A stretch of 63,432 nt of DNA, counting the filler, from Reticulomyxa filosa (taxonomy: Eukaryota; Protista; Foraminifera), in the NCBI GenBank assembly GCA_000512085.1. It is 19 parts of 19 records of this genome, joined end to end, with 100 filler letters (N's around TTAATTAATTAA, not from the genome) between each part and the next. Parts side by side here need not be neighbours in the genome. Positions count along the whole stretch, not along the records: positions 32,211 to 37,067 come from ASPP01014252.1; positions 37,168 to 40,028 come from ASPP01038488.1; positions 40,129 to 42,060 come from ASPP01002625.1; positions 42,161 to 45,389 come from ASPP01008221.1; positions 45,490 to 46,566 come from ASPP01048184.1; positions 46,667 to 47,689 come from ASPP01000039.1; positions 47,790 to 53,483 come from ASPP01026971.1; 12 more parts are not named here. The stretch is one strand, 5' to 3'. Position numbers and translations under genes: made by a program. This document shows positions 36,043-49,308 of the stretch, piece by piece. Within the stretch, counting starts at the first letter, position 1, and every line of letters begins with the position of its first letter. The notes below the pieces were generated by a model. It saw nothing but the letters and a program-made list of their open reading frames with translations. It was not told the DNA's origin and made no database searches.

Positions 36043-39000
36043 TTATGTTGTCTCACCGACTCTAAATTGTCAGAGAGTCGACTCTGAATGTTTGTCAATA
36101 GTGTCTCGCACAATTGTGCGTGAAGTTTTTGTTTTGAACTTCAAAAATACAAGCTCTACCAACGACGTGCTGGTACAATCAGGCTAAAACACTTACAAAG
36201 GTGTCCTCCATTGATCTCAATGAGCGCTCTTTTTACAAATACTTATGACTGACAGCAGTCGAGCATTAAAAAAAATTGGTTGCATTAACTTTTTTTTGGG
36301 ATAAAAGATCCGACAGTATTTTTTTTTGGACTTGAAGCCGTTTTTAAGAACGTAAAGTGATCAAATATAAGGCCTTTAGCGCTGTTTTAACGTGCAAGCT
36401 ACAAACAAACTAATTATAACAACAATTGACAAAAAAACTAACGCCGGCTCTCTGTGGCGTAGTTTTTTAGTCACAACATGACAATAATTTCATCAAGGGA
36501 GAAAAAAGAGCATGCTCCACAAGACATTGCAAAAGGGGGGAAAAAAAATTGTCTAAGAAAACAAACACAAAAATAAAAAAGAAAGACCACGTTCACACAA
36601 CATACAATATACACAATACAATTTTGCAAGAAAAGAGTACCAATAAATTGGAATTGCCCAATGCATACTTTTGTCTCTACTCACAGGAATGGATGCATTT
36701 GAGAAGCAACTTAACATCAAAACGTTGATAAAATAAAATAATATGTATATATAAAGCAAAAGCAAACCAAAAGCGTAAAAAAAAAAGATCAGCTAATTTT
36801 TTTTGTTAAAAAGATTACACACACACACACACACATGGTCAATGTACTTGGGCTATTTCATTTTTAGTTTATTTGTTATCTCCTTCTCTCATTTTTTATT
36901 TCCCCTTGGCTAAGATTTACAACAAAAAAAAAGGAGAAAAATGGTGAGAGAAAGGAAATAACCTAATAGAGGAAAAAAAAACAAAACAAACAACATAAAG
37001 CAAAGTGAAAGCAAAGCAAAGTAGGGAAATACAAAATAGAGAGGAAAAAAAAACAAACAAAAAAACANNNNNNNNNNNNNNNNNNNNNNNNNNNNNNNNN
37101 NNNNNNNNNNNTTAATTAATTAANNNNNNNNNNNNNNNNNNNNNNNNNNNNNNNNNNNNNNNNNNNNCGCTTTTCATTTTAGTCCATTCATAGAAAATTC
37201 AACACCCCTTTTTTGTTTACTAAGTTTCCTTATTTAAAAAAAAAAGTAAAATTATCAAAATAATTTTCAAAGAAAAATCGTAAATTGATAAACAGAATAA
37301 CAAGTAATATTGAATTATTTAACTATATCGTTAATTCACGACGCCAGTTCCGTTGCAATAAAAGCACATATTGTTTTCCAGACCTAGAACTCTTGACCCC
37401 TTCATGACGAGCATGATGCTTGACTACAGCAATCTCTTTGATATGTGATTAGTCAACTTCATGAACAGTTTGTCTGGCTGACGTCTATGCCATCATCATC
37501 AAAATTTCAAGTTTGTGGCTGTCAGTCTCGTCGTCCGAGTTTCACGCACTCGATCTCACTTCGTCTGTGGAAACTGCACATAATGTGGCATTTATCATTT
37601 CAAACGTAGTGTATTATTAATCGCAGATATATATTTGACATAAGAACATGATCGGACAAATGTGATATGTGTAGTTATTTAGTAATTAGTAACTGGAGGA
37701 TCTTCAGCACATTTGGTAAAAATAAAAAAAGTACTTTATTTGTTGTATCGATCCAAATATCACATTCTTTTTTCCGGACATGTTACTTATTCAATAGTAT
37801 ACGTCCGTGATGAATAATATGCTGCGCATTGGAAATTATAAATATCACATAATGTGACATTTCATAATCAAGAAGCTTGAGATTTGTGCAATGTGACTCT
37901 AGGCAACGCAATTCACTAGTTACAATTTGACAGTCTGATGAAATGGTGGAGACGTTGAGCCAGATGGAAATTATTTATAAAGTCAAAGAAGGATATTATT
38001 CAAAGAAGTTGCCGTTTGCTTATTCGAGATGCCCTTTCAAAATGGTAAATTCTGTACAATATATATGACAACATTATGAATACAGAAAAATATGTCCAAC
38101 TGAACTACAGTCCAGTATATCGTCAATTATTTTATTATCATTTAATTCATATATTGAACTTTGTCCCAAATGGGACTACTGCATTTTGATACAATATTGG
38201 CGACATGTGACAAGTAATTAGATTGAATTGCATTATGTATTTTATTGTAACACATATGTGTTAAAGTTGGTTTTAGAAAAAAGAAAATGTCATTCGTCAA
38301 TTAAAAAAAAAAAAAAAAGAACGAATGATACAGGCCAAACTCAAACTCAAATTCAAACACAAACTCAAACGAAAACTAAGGCCAATGAAAGTTTTTAAAA
38401 AAACAACTCCTTTTCAAAATCCAAAAAGTTAATGTGAAAAGATATGTTTGTGTTTGATAAGATTTTTTTGAATAGATCCTGGCAAAGACGTTGCAATAAT
38501 AAAGACACACAAGGAAAGTGGTACTTGTATGTTCTTCTTCATGGTCTTGTTTGATAGTTCTTGTGTGTCTTGTCGTTTTTTGGCTATGTTGATACTGTAA
38601 GTAATTAGTAATAGGACAGGCATATGCAAAATGAACGAATAGAACAAGTAAGTAAATTAATTGATGAATAAAATATGTAGTAATTGATAAATATGTGAAG
38701 AAAGGAGCAGATGTTGGATCAATCAATGAATAACGTCGACTTGGGCCACATATTGCTTGAATCAAGAGCAATGACGACATTTGCATCGATTGAATATATA
38801 CATTAATTATGTTAATTTGCACATCACACAAGACATTATTACATTTGTTTTGTTGTGTGAAAGATAAGTTATTGTGCATTATTCTGGAACACAATCAGCG
38901 ATACCAATATGCAAAATAGAGATTGATATTCATAGATTGGATTGAGTATTTATGTGGAGAGTATGCTGATGAATATCAATATTTTTAATAAATCGTTTTT

Positions 39001-39409
39001 TTTTATTTGGTTGGGCGCTTTACGAATGATTTGATCGTATAAAGCGCAATCGATTTTATAATGAATTTTCTTGGCTGATTCTAATATTGGTATTCGAATG
39101 ATCGGTAGTAGATAATATTGGTGATCATGTGATGTCTATGTAATGATGTCAGATACCGATTTAGATCATTTTGAATTTCTTTCTTTTTTATTATTATTGA
39201 AATTCACAGGACAAATCTATACGACATGTACATACATACGTATATGTACGTAAATTTGATTTATTATGTATATTTTTTTCATATGTAAAAAAAAATAATG
39301 TACGCACATATACATATACAACATATATTTGTTTTTGTTTGTACCTTTATCAAAAAAAGTTTTTGTTGTCCATTGAATTAGGTAGAACAAGTTGAAACAA
39401 ACCATATTG

Positions 39410-39730
39410 TATCAAATAGAATTGAATTGAACTGGAAGAACCAAATCAAGTCAAATTAAATCGAACTGGAATGAAGTTAATTATATTGAATTTAATTAAA
39501 TTAAATTAAATTGAAATGTATTTAGGTGAATTGTATTGTAGAATATTGAATAGAGCCGGCGTGAATTGAACTAAATTGGATCGAATTGGCATGTATTAAA
39601 ATAAATTGAATTGGGTTGAGATTAGGTGGAGTGATTAGAATGTAACGGACTGAATTGAGATGGATTGGACTGAAGTGCGCCTAGATAGATTGAATTAAGT
39701 GGAAGAGATTAGATGGCATTGATTTTATTT
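39410..39730. repeat. Degenerate pentanucleotide (AATTG/AATTA/GAACT)n array
   Basis: 5-bp periodicity is visible, e.g. gaattgaattgaactgg, aattaaattaaattaaattg and gattggactgaagtg. Confidence 0.7.
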
Positions 39731-40128
39731 ATTTGAATATTAGGAGCCGTACTAATGGTAATTTAGTTAATATTCCGGGTGGATGGCAGATTGCGTGGAC
39801 TTATCAAATTATGTTATTTCTTTACTTTTTTTTTTGGACAGGGACGAATCACATAATAAGCGGTAGGGGAGCAAAGAGCAGGGGCACCTTGCACAAAACA
39901 TAAAAATAGGTAGTATCATCGTATATTTGGAAAAAGCCTGATCAAGAATAACAAAGAACAAGACTTAAATTTTGAGTTCCATTTTGGTATGCTGGTTCCC
40001 ATCGCTTTCATTTTTTGCAAATCCTTTTNNNNNNNNNNNNNNNNNNNNNNNNNNNNNNNNNNNNNNNNNNNNTTAATTAATTAANNNNNNNNNNNNNNNN
40101 NNNNNNNNNNNNNNNNNNNNNNNNNNNN

Positions 40129-42060
40129 AATACTGGACGAATTGCTACTATATTTGAATCCGTTTGATTGGTACTACTCCTCGGCCATGGACATGCTGTC
40201 GATACTGCTGCCGATAAAGCAAGGCTGGATGCGTGACGAACTGAAACAGTATCGAATTCCGTCGTGTATCGACAACAAACAGCATGCCCGACTTGATTCT
40301 CTTTCTCTTGCATCAAGTGCTGCACGAAAACATGGATGTCAAAACCACTCCTTTGATCATCTTCTCGTTGCTCAGTTGAATCATCAAACATAATCCCGAT
40401 ATTGCCAATTTCGATCCATTCGTCAAGCCTATTTTCTATCTTTGTTTAACAGTTACATTGTGCGCATGTTGTTTGTTTCTTCTTTTCCTTCTAATAAACA
40501 TGCGCACATGTATATGATATATATATATATATGTATATACATTTATATTTATATTTAGCAATTGCAACTACCAATAAGCGGTGAGTCTCCTGCGATATCG
40601 CAGTCGACACGTTTGGAGACAGGCTTTCTATCGGAAAAACGTGAACGAGTTGGGTGCAAGCGTAGTCATGTGCAAGTTTATAGTGTATTGCATGGACAAA
40701 CGCGGGAGTGAGGACCCCGTGCAGAAAGAGGCATTATCGTTATTCAAGACGCTGTCCAACTATTACTACCCATGATAGATTTTGTGACGAGTTACAATCT
40801 GGGCTCGATGTTGTCCTACTTTTGCGCGTATTATTGTCGTCGCTTTTATCGTGAAATGTGTGGATAATCTCGCGACGAAGGTATCGAGCAGGAGTTATAT
40901 CCGAATATACATACTCACATACTGCATGCTTTTTGATGGCATGGGTCGGTCAACACGAAGCATCCATTGTATCGCGAGGTGCCTCCGTCGCAACGACTAA
41001 AGATCGACGGCCAATTGGTGGATACGTTATTACCATTGGCTAAGTGGTGCATCTATTCCAAAGTCCCTCCGGTCAAGTTCAATGGAGTGTTGGCGTTATC
41101 GTGTTTATCAAAGTTATGGCCACGCAAAATATTGGCATTTGCGCTGCCCGAAATCCACGACTGTTTGACGGCGTTGAGTCAGTCGTATTCAATCCACACT
41201 TGGGACTTGAGTTCAGCTCGCACTTGCCGCAGCTGCTGCAGGCCATCATCTTTGGTATCGACGCCTCATTGACAGATCAGACCATTCAAACTCTAGCTTT
41301 GTTATTTCGCATCTTTGCCCTTTCTTACCAATGTCTCTTTTGCTTCGTCCAAGAATAATAATGTCGATGCTGTTATTGTTGGAGATTGGGTGAATGATAT
41401 CAAATACGATAGTGACAAAGACAACATTGATTGTCCCGAAATTGACAACTCGCGAAAAGAGGCGACGCAAATGTTCGACGCATTTGCGCTGGCATTTATG
41501 GACAAGATCGTATCATTCGTCCAAGACATTGCCAACACCAATGAGAGTGCTGAGGCGGAGAAGGAGACACGTCAAGGTGCACTTATGAGTCGACTGCAAT
41601 CATTTGGACTAAAGTCCGCCACGGCGACGACACTGACAAGTCGCACGAGAATGAAATATGAAGCAATGGTTCAGGTGTTCCGACAATGTATGACCACCTT
41701 TTGGTTTGCGTTAAGTCCGCGACTATTCAAAGAGCGTGCCACCAAAGTGATGGACGTGGTGTGCAGCACACCGCAATGCGGGTCATTTGGTAGCATCTTA
41801 TGCGGCACTATGACAAGTGCTAATCCACAACTCGCAATATCTCAATGAATCGTCAAACTCATCAAAAAAGTAGTTGAAACGAAGCAAGGTCAGGACATTC
41901 CTAACTCTTGGTTTTCAATTGGTACCAATGGCACAACGCACAAATACGAGGCCAGCGAGTTGAAACTAAAATGGTCCAAGACCGTGTTGTCATATCACTT
42001 GGAAGTGTTGGAGGGGCTTGTGTCCAACGGACATCATCATCTCATTCCTTACATGTCATT
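40129..42060 (+). pseudogene. PSME4: Proteasome activator PA200/Blm10 homologue, disrupted internal fragment
   Basis: Motifs 'ILDELLLYLNPFD', 'LFKTLSNYYYP', 'HLPQLLQAIIFGID' and 'ATQMFDAFALAFMDKI' occur in PA200 order. In-frame TGA at 40377 and 41846 plus several frameshifts. Confidence 0.75.
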
Positions 42061-42853
42061 NNNNNNNNNNNNNNNNNNNNNNNNNNNNNNNNNNNNNNNN
42101 NNNNTTAATTAATTAANNNNNNNNNNNNNNNNNNNNNNNNNNNNNNNNNNNNNNNNNNNNTTTCATTTTTTAAAAAAAATGTTTTGAACCGCTTGTTCGT
42201 TATTTCAAACTCTTTCCTTCCACCTTTTTTAAAAAAATAAAAAAACTTAATAAAACTGAAGGGATCATAATATCACCTTTCCAATTTTCAGGTGACAAAA
42301 GCGCAACAATAATACCAACAAACTGAATCTGAACAATACATGATCATTGTGTTTTTAGAAAACATACAATCGATTGAAAAAAAGATCACTCTAGAAAGAA
42401 CAAATAAACACTTGCAAGTTTGCTCTTGAAAAATCCTGAATTTTTAAGTGATATCTATGTAATTTTTACAAAAATTATTTAAACAAAATACATTTTTATG
42501 TTATGCGTAGACATTTAAAAAGCACTCTGAATCGTTATATTTTTTACGAGTAAATTCAATGCTTATATGGATCTTTTTATGGGACTCTTTTTGTTGCAGC
42601 TGATTGTAACTGACTTGTAATTATTGAATGAATTATAAAATATTTTTTTAGGTTTTTTTGTAAGTTTCATAATAAGTGTTGATTCAAAATAATATTTTGG
42701 GTGATCGGACAAAATTTTTTGCTTATAAGCCTTGTTACACCTACAAAAGAATCTTGAAGTTGTTATGTGGCTTTTTCTGGTAAATAGTGTAAGAAGTAAA
42801 TGAACCCAAAACCCCACTCAACAATCTCATCTTTTTTTGTAAAAACAAAACAA

Positions 42854-45331
42854 TTAAAAATTTTGCAGTGCAGTTTTATGAATTGATTGGCAGCCTACTC
42901 CCTTTGCGCCTGCTTCTTCCTTTTTTGCCTGGTGAAGTCCAATTATATTCATGCAATCCCATTCCATCGACTTCCGAAATTCATAACGTACAAACTTTTT
43001 AATCCATTTTTGTCGATTATCCCATAAAAGCGATGGTGCGGCCTCCAATAGTTTTTCTTCGGTGGCATTTACAATGGAAGAAATGGTATTGCCCAAAGAT
43101 GAAAGCATATTTAAACATTCTGGAAAACTGAGACGAGGGAAAGAATACAAGAAGCGAATTTCCTTTTCTTTATTTTCTCTTAGAATTTGTGGAATTTTGA
43201 CTCCCAAACATTGATTCTTGTTATGTTTTCTGATGTAACAAGACAAAGATTGTGTCAAGCGAATTATTATTATTGTTATTATAAGTGTTGATGTTGTCAC
43301 AAACAAATGCAATCAAAACTGATATTTCTTCATAAAAAATACAATTGCTTTTGCCATTTGTTCTGCATCGTAACATTGTATCAATTTAACTCTTGGGATG
43401 GAAGTAATTTGTGCAATAATTCTGTCGAATTTGGTATCAGGTGTCATGACCGCAATCGACTTTTTATCATCAGGATAAAATTGCTGTACTAAGAAAATGA
43501 CATGCTGGTATCTATCCAAAGCTTCCAGTAAATCTCTTTTCATTCCGTAAATCTTCTCTTCTTTCAAAAAGTCATTTTGATTGTGTCTGTAGGAACACAA
43601 ATGCAATGGACGCATTTTATTTATTTATTTATTTTGAAAGAGTAGACAAAATGTTGTTTTGGGTATACCTAATAACTCCAACCGAGTCAGCAATCGCGTA
43701 TTGCACGTGTGGCATGGAGTACACAAAGGGTTTGATTTGGTAACGATTTCGTAAAATTTCATTGACTTTGGAGGCACTAACAGACTCCGAACTACTCATC
43801 AAAATGTTTATCTCATCATCTTGTTGTCCATGCACTGCGCGTTCCTCACTTGCACTGTGCAACAAACAAAACACATTTAAAAAAAAAAAAAAGAAGAAAA
43901 AAAGGAAAAATTGAATTGAAACTGAACGCCATCAGCATTTGTGTGTTAGAAGGGGTCTGGTCTGGAGTGTGGATGAAAAAATTCATGTCCAGCTGTTCCT
44001 TCTTTTTGATGGTATGGTCAGGAAGGCTGTAATCGATCAGCTTTTCCCACGTCACATTTTTGAATCCATTACAAAAGCGTTCCGGAAAATCTTGGTTTCG
44101 CGTATTGCTACTTGTGTCCTCCACATCCACCACACAGTCTAAAATACTCATGCTTAATCGTCCGTCACTATCGTATATGCTCGAGCGATACGTACGTCGT
44201 GACCGTAGCGGAGTTGTGGGAGTTTCGGGTGCATCTAATGATCCGGAGGTACTTGTTAGTGGTTGTGAAGAGATAGGGAGAGGAGGTTTAGTTTTTACAT
44301 CATCAGTTAGCTTATCATTATTATTATTATTGTCGTCATTGGTATTGCTTAGTTGCAAAGGAGAGCTAAAAACAGAGTCACTCAGACCATTCAATGTTTG
44401 CATTGCAATCCATTCTTTACATAATATGTCCGTTTGCTTACTGTCGTTGAGTTCACCATCATTCTTTGCATATATCGGAGATACATTGAGAGATGTGTCC
44501 TTTTCCTTTGATTTGTCTACGCCAGTATCGACTTCTACCATTTGAGAGCAAACCAATTGTGATAAAGACTCTCCTCTATCATCTTCCTTGTCCTTGTCCT
44601 TATCCTTATTCTTGCTATCCACATATTCAGAATTTCGACGTAGTCTTCTTCTTTTCTTCTCCAGTTTTTGCGTCTCCTTCTTCTCTTTCTCCTCCTCTTC
44701 CTCCTCCTTATGCACTCTTTCGTCCAAAGATTCTTTTTTCTACACACAAAATACAGTCGCAACGATGAAAAATGACAATAAAGATCCGATTGTTTTGTAC
44801 ATATTGTCAGCAATAATTAACTGCGTTGATGATTTGTTCTAAGTCTTCTTGTGACCACACAGGAATGATTTCATCTTCGGGATCTTCATATCCTTCAATG
44901 TCACTGTATTGATTCGAGTCATAGTCTTCGTAGTCTTCCATATTTTCGTATTTGCCAAAGTCTAACGGCATGCGTTTGCAAAACATTGTTGGCGAGTCTT
45001 TGGGCAGAGCTGTTGCATACTTCCTTCGAGTACTGTTGGTGACGATATTGTGTTGAGAATTGTCGTCAATAAAACTCGACTGCAAATCGTATTCATCCAA
45101 TTCAGGATCATTGTCATCTGTGCCATCCGAAACTTCGCCCTCACAGTCACTTACTTCGGCCTCACTTAGTTCGTATTGTGCCTTCGAAATTGCGCCCACG
45201 TCGTACTTTCTTTTTTGGGTCTTTTTTCTCTTTCTTTTTTTTGCACTCTCTTCTTTTTCCTTGGCCTTTTCTGCTTCATTCAATTGCGTTTCCTTGGCGC
45301 CATTGGTTCGTCCTATCCACGTATATTGCAA
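42854..45331 (-). CDS. FANCM: FANCM C-terminal part (acidic motif, ERCC4-like domain, HhH)
   Basis: 'EAEVSDCEGEVSDG...SSFIDDN', 'ILMSSSESVSASKV...QYAIADSVGVIRYTQ', 'RYQHVIFLVQ' and 'IRFLYSFPRLSFPECLNM...IVNATEEKL' parallel the FANCM C-terminus. Confidence 0.75.
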
Positions 45332-46666
45332 AAAAAAAAAAAAAAAAAAAGGGAGAAAAAAATGTTAAAATGAACCTCAATTCTTGTTTNNNNNNNNNNN
45401 NNNNNNNNNNNNNNNNNNNNNNNNNNNNNNNNNTTAATTAATTAANNNNNNNNNNNNNNNNNNNNNNNNNNNNNNNNNNNNNNNNNNNNTTTTTTTTAAG
45501 CTGTTAAAAATCGATATGCAATTCAACAAATTAAAAAAGGATTACAATATAACATAGGTATGCGTTTGTGTACATTATGTATACATATGTATACATAATG
45601 TGTAAGTACATTTTAAAAAACACCTTTCCTATTATAGTCAATTCAACTCGATATACAAAGAGGCCGATTCGTGGTGTATCTTTGTCACAATGCTGTCTTT
45701 ATTCTGCTCGTCCAACTGCGTAAAATTTTCAGAATTTATTATCATTGTTAGTTTCAATGTACCTCTAGCTTCAAGTATTCTGCAGTCTTGACACACGCCC
45801 AATCGTTGCTGTAGAGTTTGTCGAAATTGTGATGTCATGTCTTTCTTGGAGAATCTTGACTTTAAAGACCAATTGCAAACTTTGTCCACGTTCATTGAGT
45901 TGTTTTCTCTCCACTGTTAGGGATTCTACAGGAGTCCTTTTTTTTAAACTGTATTTTTTGATAAGAGAGTAAAGCTTTAAAAAACAACAAAAATTATATT
46001 TGCTAACCCGATTCCCACCCTTGGAATGTTCAGAAATTTTGGTTTTATTGCAATTGAGCAGTCGAAGATGTACATATTTTTATAGTGTATCGTCGGGTTG
46101 ATTGTGTGTACACCTACCTGGAATTTTTCATTTATTTTTTGTTTTCATTATCAAACATTTTTTTCACTTATGATAATTCCAAAAAAAGGAACACACAAAT
46201 TAAATCATTGATAACTTTGTTATCCTTTGTTTTTTTGGATGGTCAAAGTATTGAAGTATCAGATTCGAAATGTTTGAAATAAGTTTTTAGCTTGTTTCTT
46301 TATTTGGTCACAATAAAGTGCATAAAAACATCTAATAAAAAAAGTTCTCACAAAAAACTAATACGTACATTAACATTGAGAACTTCGTTATAACAATTAA
46401 CCATTGTTGGTAATATTTTTTGTAATTCTACGTACTGATTATTATTGGTCATCAATTTCGATCGATTAACAGAAGATAATATTGTAGGCTTTATTTTTAA
46501 TTGTGGGAATGGTGAACGATCAAATATCTGATTTATTTTTTATTTATGAACAATGTCACGTATTATNNNNNNNNNNNNNNNNNNNNNNNNNNNNNNNNNN
46601 NNNNNNNNNNTTAATTAATTAANNNNNNNNNNNNNNNNNNNNNNNNNNNNNNNNNNNNNNNNNNNN

Positions 46667-46759
46667 AAGTAAGAGGTAGTTTGTTGATGAGGTTTAACCC
46701 AAAGTGAGCTACTAAGTTCCATATGCGTTCAGCCATGTGTGATAAGGGCTTGCCCTACA
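46667..46759 (-). mobile_element. LTR copy 2 (5' 93 bp, truncated by contig end)
   Basis: The minus strand reads TGTAGGGCAAGCCC...CTGAACG...AAACCTCATCAACAAACTACCTCTTACT, homologous to copy 1. Confidence 0.75.
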
Positions 46760-47943
46760 GTAGTATTCTTTTTGCAAACTACTGTATAAAAGAAAAAAAA
46801 ATAGTCACAGTTAACTGACGCTTAACAATTACAACGTTACTTCATAGTCTAAAAAATTAACTTATATAAAAAATAAAAAAGTGCAAAAAAGAATAAAAAA
46901 CGAAAAAGAAAAATTGGTTGGTAATTTGTCTTTTCACATTGGAGAGAAAATGATTGTTACACGTCAAAATATACAAAAATGACCACTATTTTCAAACATT
47001 AAAAATTAAAATTAAAATTGAAATGCCCAAACCAAGTCAGGAAGTTAGAAAAAACTTTTTTCTATCGATTGGTGAAATTCTGTTGATAAAATATTGATTT
47101 GTGACAAAGTTATATTAAGTTGATATTTTGTAGACTTTTTTCTTGAGTTGCACAGTTTTAAAGTGCAGTATTTGTTTGTGGATAATTTACATTGATTGAT
47201 GTCGAAACGATTTTTTAAAAGCTTTATCTCGCTCGTTATTGTTCATTTTTAAAACTCATACTTCATCAGGACATCAAATGTTGCCTATGTTTTTGGAAAA
47301 AAATTTTGTTTACCAAAAACTTGATGAAAACTCGAAACAATAAAAGTTAGCTTCGCCTGCACCTTGTGCCTGCGAAGTTTTCTTTTGTTATTTTTTTGTT
47401 TTATCAAGTCTTTTTGCCAAACTAAATTTTAAATAGTTTAGATTTGATTTTTTTTTAGTTTTTTTATATTTTGATGTGTTTAAATGTTAATAAGATATAG
47501 TTATAATCTTAATTTTACTTTTTTTTGGCATAAGCAATACCTGATACAGTATCTAAGTTTGACTTTAGTGGTTTAAATTTGATTTTTTAATTGCGATTAC
47601 CCATTCATTAAAATTAAAAAAATAACGTCGTGATACGTGAAGAATATACTACATTATGTTGCAAAGAAAACTGAACGCCTAAAACGATANNNNNNNNNNN
47701 NNNNNNNNNNNNNNNNNNNNNNNNNNNNNNNNNTTAATTAATTAANNNNNNNNNNNNNNNNNNNNNNNNNNNNNNNNNNNNNNNNNNNNAATATCTACAT
47801 AATCACCATTCTACTCAAATTCAAAAAAAAAAGTTAGTGATTACATATACCATACACACATAAAAAACCAACAACAACACATGCCCACACAAAGTAAACA
47901 CAAAACATACGACATACACATACAACGCCCCGTGCAACCTGCG

Positions 47944-49010
47944 TTAAGATATTGGCCATTTGCTAATGTCTTTGTTGGGCATTCGCCACAAGCACTTGTT
48001 GTTGTGAAGCAGCAGTGTCACCTGCATCGGCACTGTCGGTAGTATCTGGTTGACCTTTGATGCTTCCAAATCAGTCACACGCGACGCCAGTTCATCCACC
48101 AATATTTGAGACACTACTGGTGCGAAATCAGCACTAATTGCCGACGATGCCACTCGAGTTGGTACCTTTTATGATAAAAAAAAAAAATTTTTTTTTTTTG
48201 TGGATATTATCAGTTGTATACACACACATAGCATACAAGTAATATATATATGTATAACATTATATACATATATTCTATAATAAATATCGTATATATGATT
48301 TTATATGTTTTGTGAAAGTAACGTTTTGCAAATGTTGAATCGACTCTTCCCAAGCCTTATTTTCATGGGTCAGCTTGATTTGCATATCATTGACGACAGC
48401 GGCCTTTTCTTCAGTGGCGGCAGCGTCTGCATTGGGAGTGGGCTCAGGAGTGGGAGCAAAGGTTTCGGTTCGATTACGCTCACTTTCGGCGATAATACGG
48501 TTGAGCTCTTCCAATGCTTGTTGGATGGCATCGTGGCGCTGTTTGTTTTTGGAAACAATGCGGTCCAGTTCTGTCGCTGGTTTTTCATTCTTCAGTACAC
48601 TGATGGCGGTCTGTAAATCTTCCGTTCGATCTTTCATTTCCGTTAACATCTCCCTTTTCACAAAGGCGACTATGTGCACCATTTTGAAGATTTCGTCTTG
48701 CCATTGTTGATTTGAGCTCACCACTTGTTGCAACTCTCTTTGGTCGGAAAAGAAGTTTGGCGATGCCAGCTTCTGCAAACTGAACAAAAAGTCATTGTTA
48801 CGTGATATCACCTCATCCAACAATTCGTGTCTTGTGTCATTGGCTTTTTCCGTGTCGCTTTCGCTTTCGTTCACGCTTCGTTTCGTCACTGGTTTGTAAA
48901 ACAGTTCGTTCAACCGTCTCAAGTCACCCGTTCGGGCGTTGAACTCATCCAGTACTGTCCCGCTGGCCGATTGATTAGGGCTTGTACTTTCTTCTGATGT
49001 CTAAATCAGC
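47944..49010 (-). CDS. Hypothetical coiled-coil protein, exons
   Basis: ORFs 48275-48922 and 47944-48153 are separated by a (TA)n/poly-A intron. No family recognised. Confidence 0.5.
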
Positions 49011-49308
49011 ACAGACAAACTTCTTCTTATGGAAAAGAAAACAATGCATACAACAAAGATATTACCATGATTATCCTTCAATATTTCGTAATTTGTTTTG
49101 CACTACGAAAAACTTAACCCGTTCCAAAAAAAAAAACAACGAAAGAATGTGTAGTCTTTCAACAGCCTTGAAAATCCAATCCAAAATTTTTGAAATAGCC
49201 AAAGTCACGTAACTGTCATCTAATACACACCTACAGTCGAACAATATGCAAGTTTTTGAGGGGTCTGTTCCGTCAAAAAAAAAACAAAAAAAAAAACGTT
49301 CATACAAA

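Noticed and set aside
38376-38894. 172-aa minus-strand ORF
   Set aside because: No recognisable motif, with composition typical of AT-rich non-coding or antisense DNA.
40377-41848. TGA reassignment, selenocysteine or programmed frameshifting
   Set aside because: TGA ends apparently intact genes (30589, 57149). Frameshifts lack a shared motif and often sit in short homopolymers, including one indel in the bacterial contig, so sequencing error or pseudogenisation is simpler.
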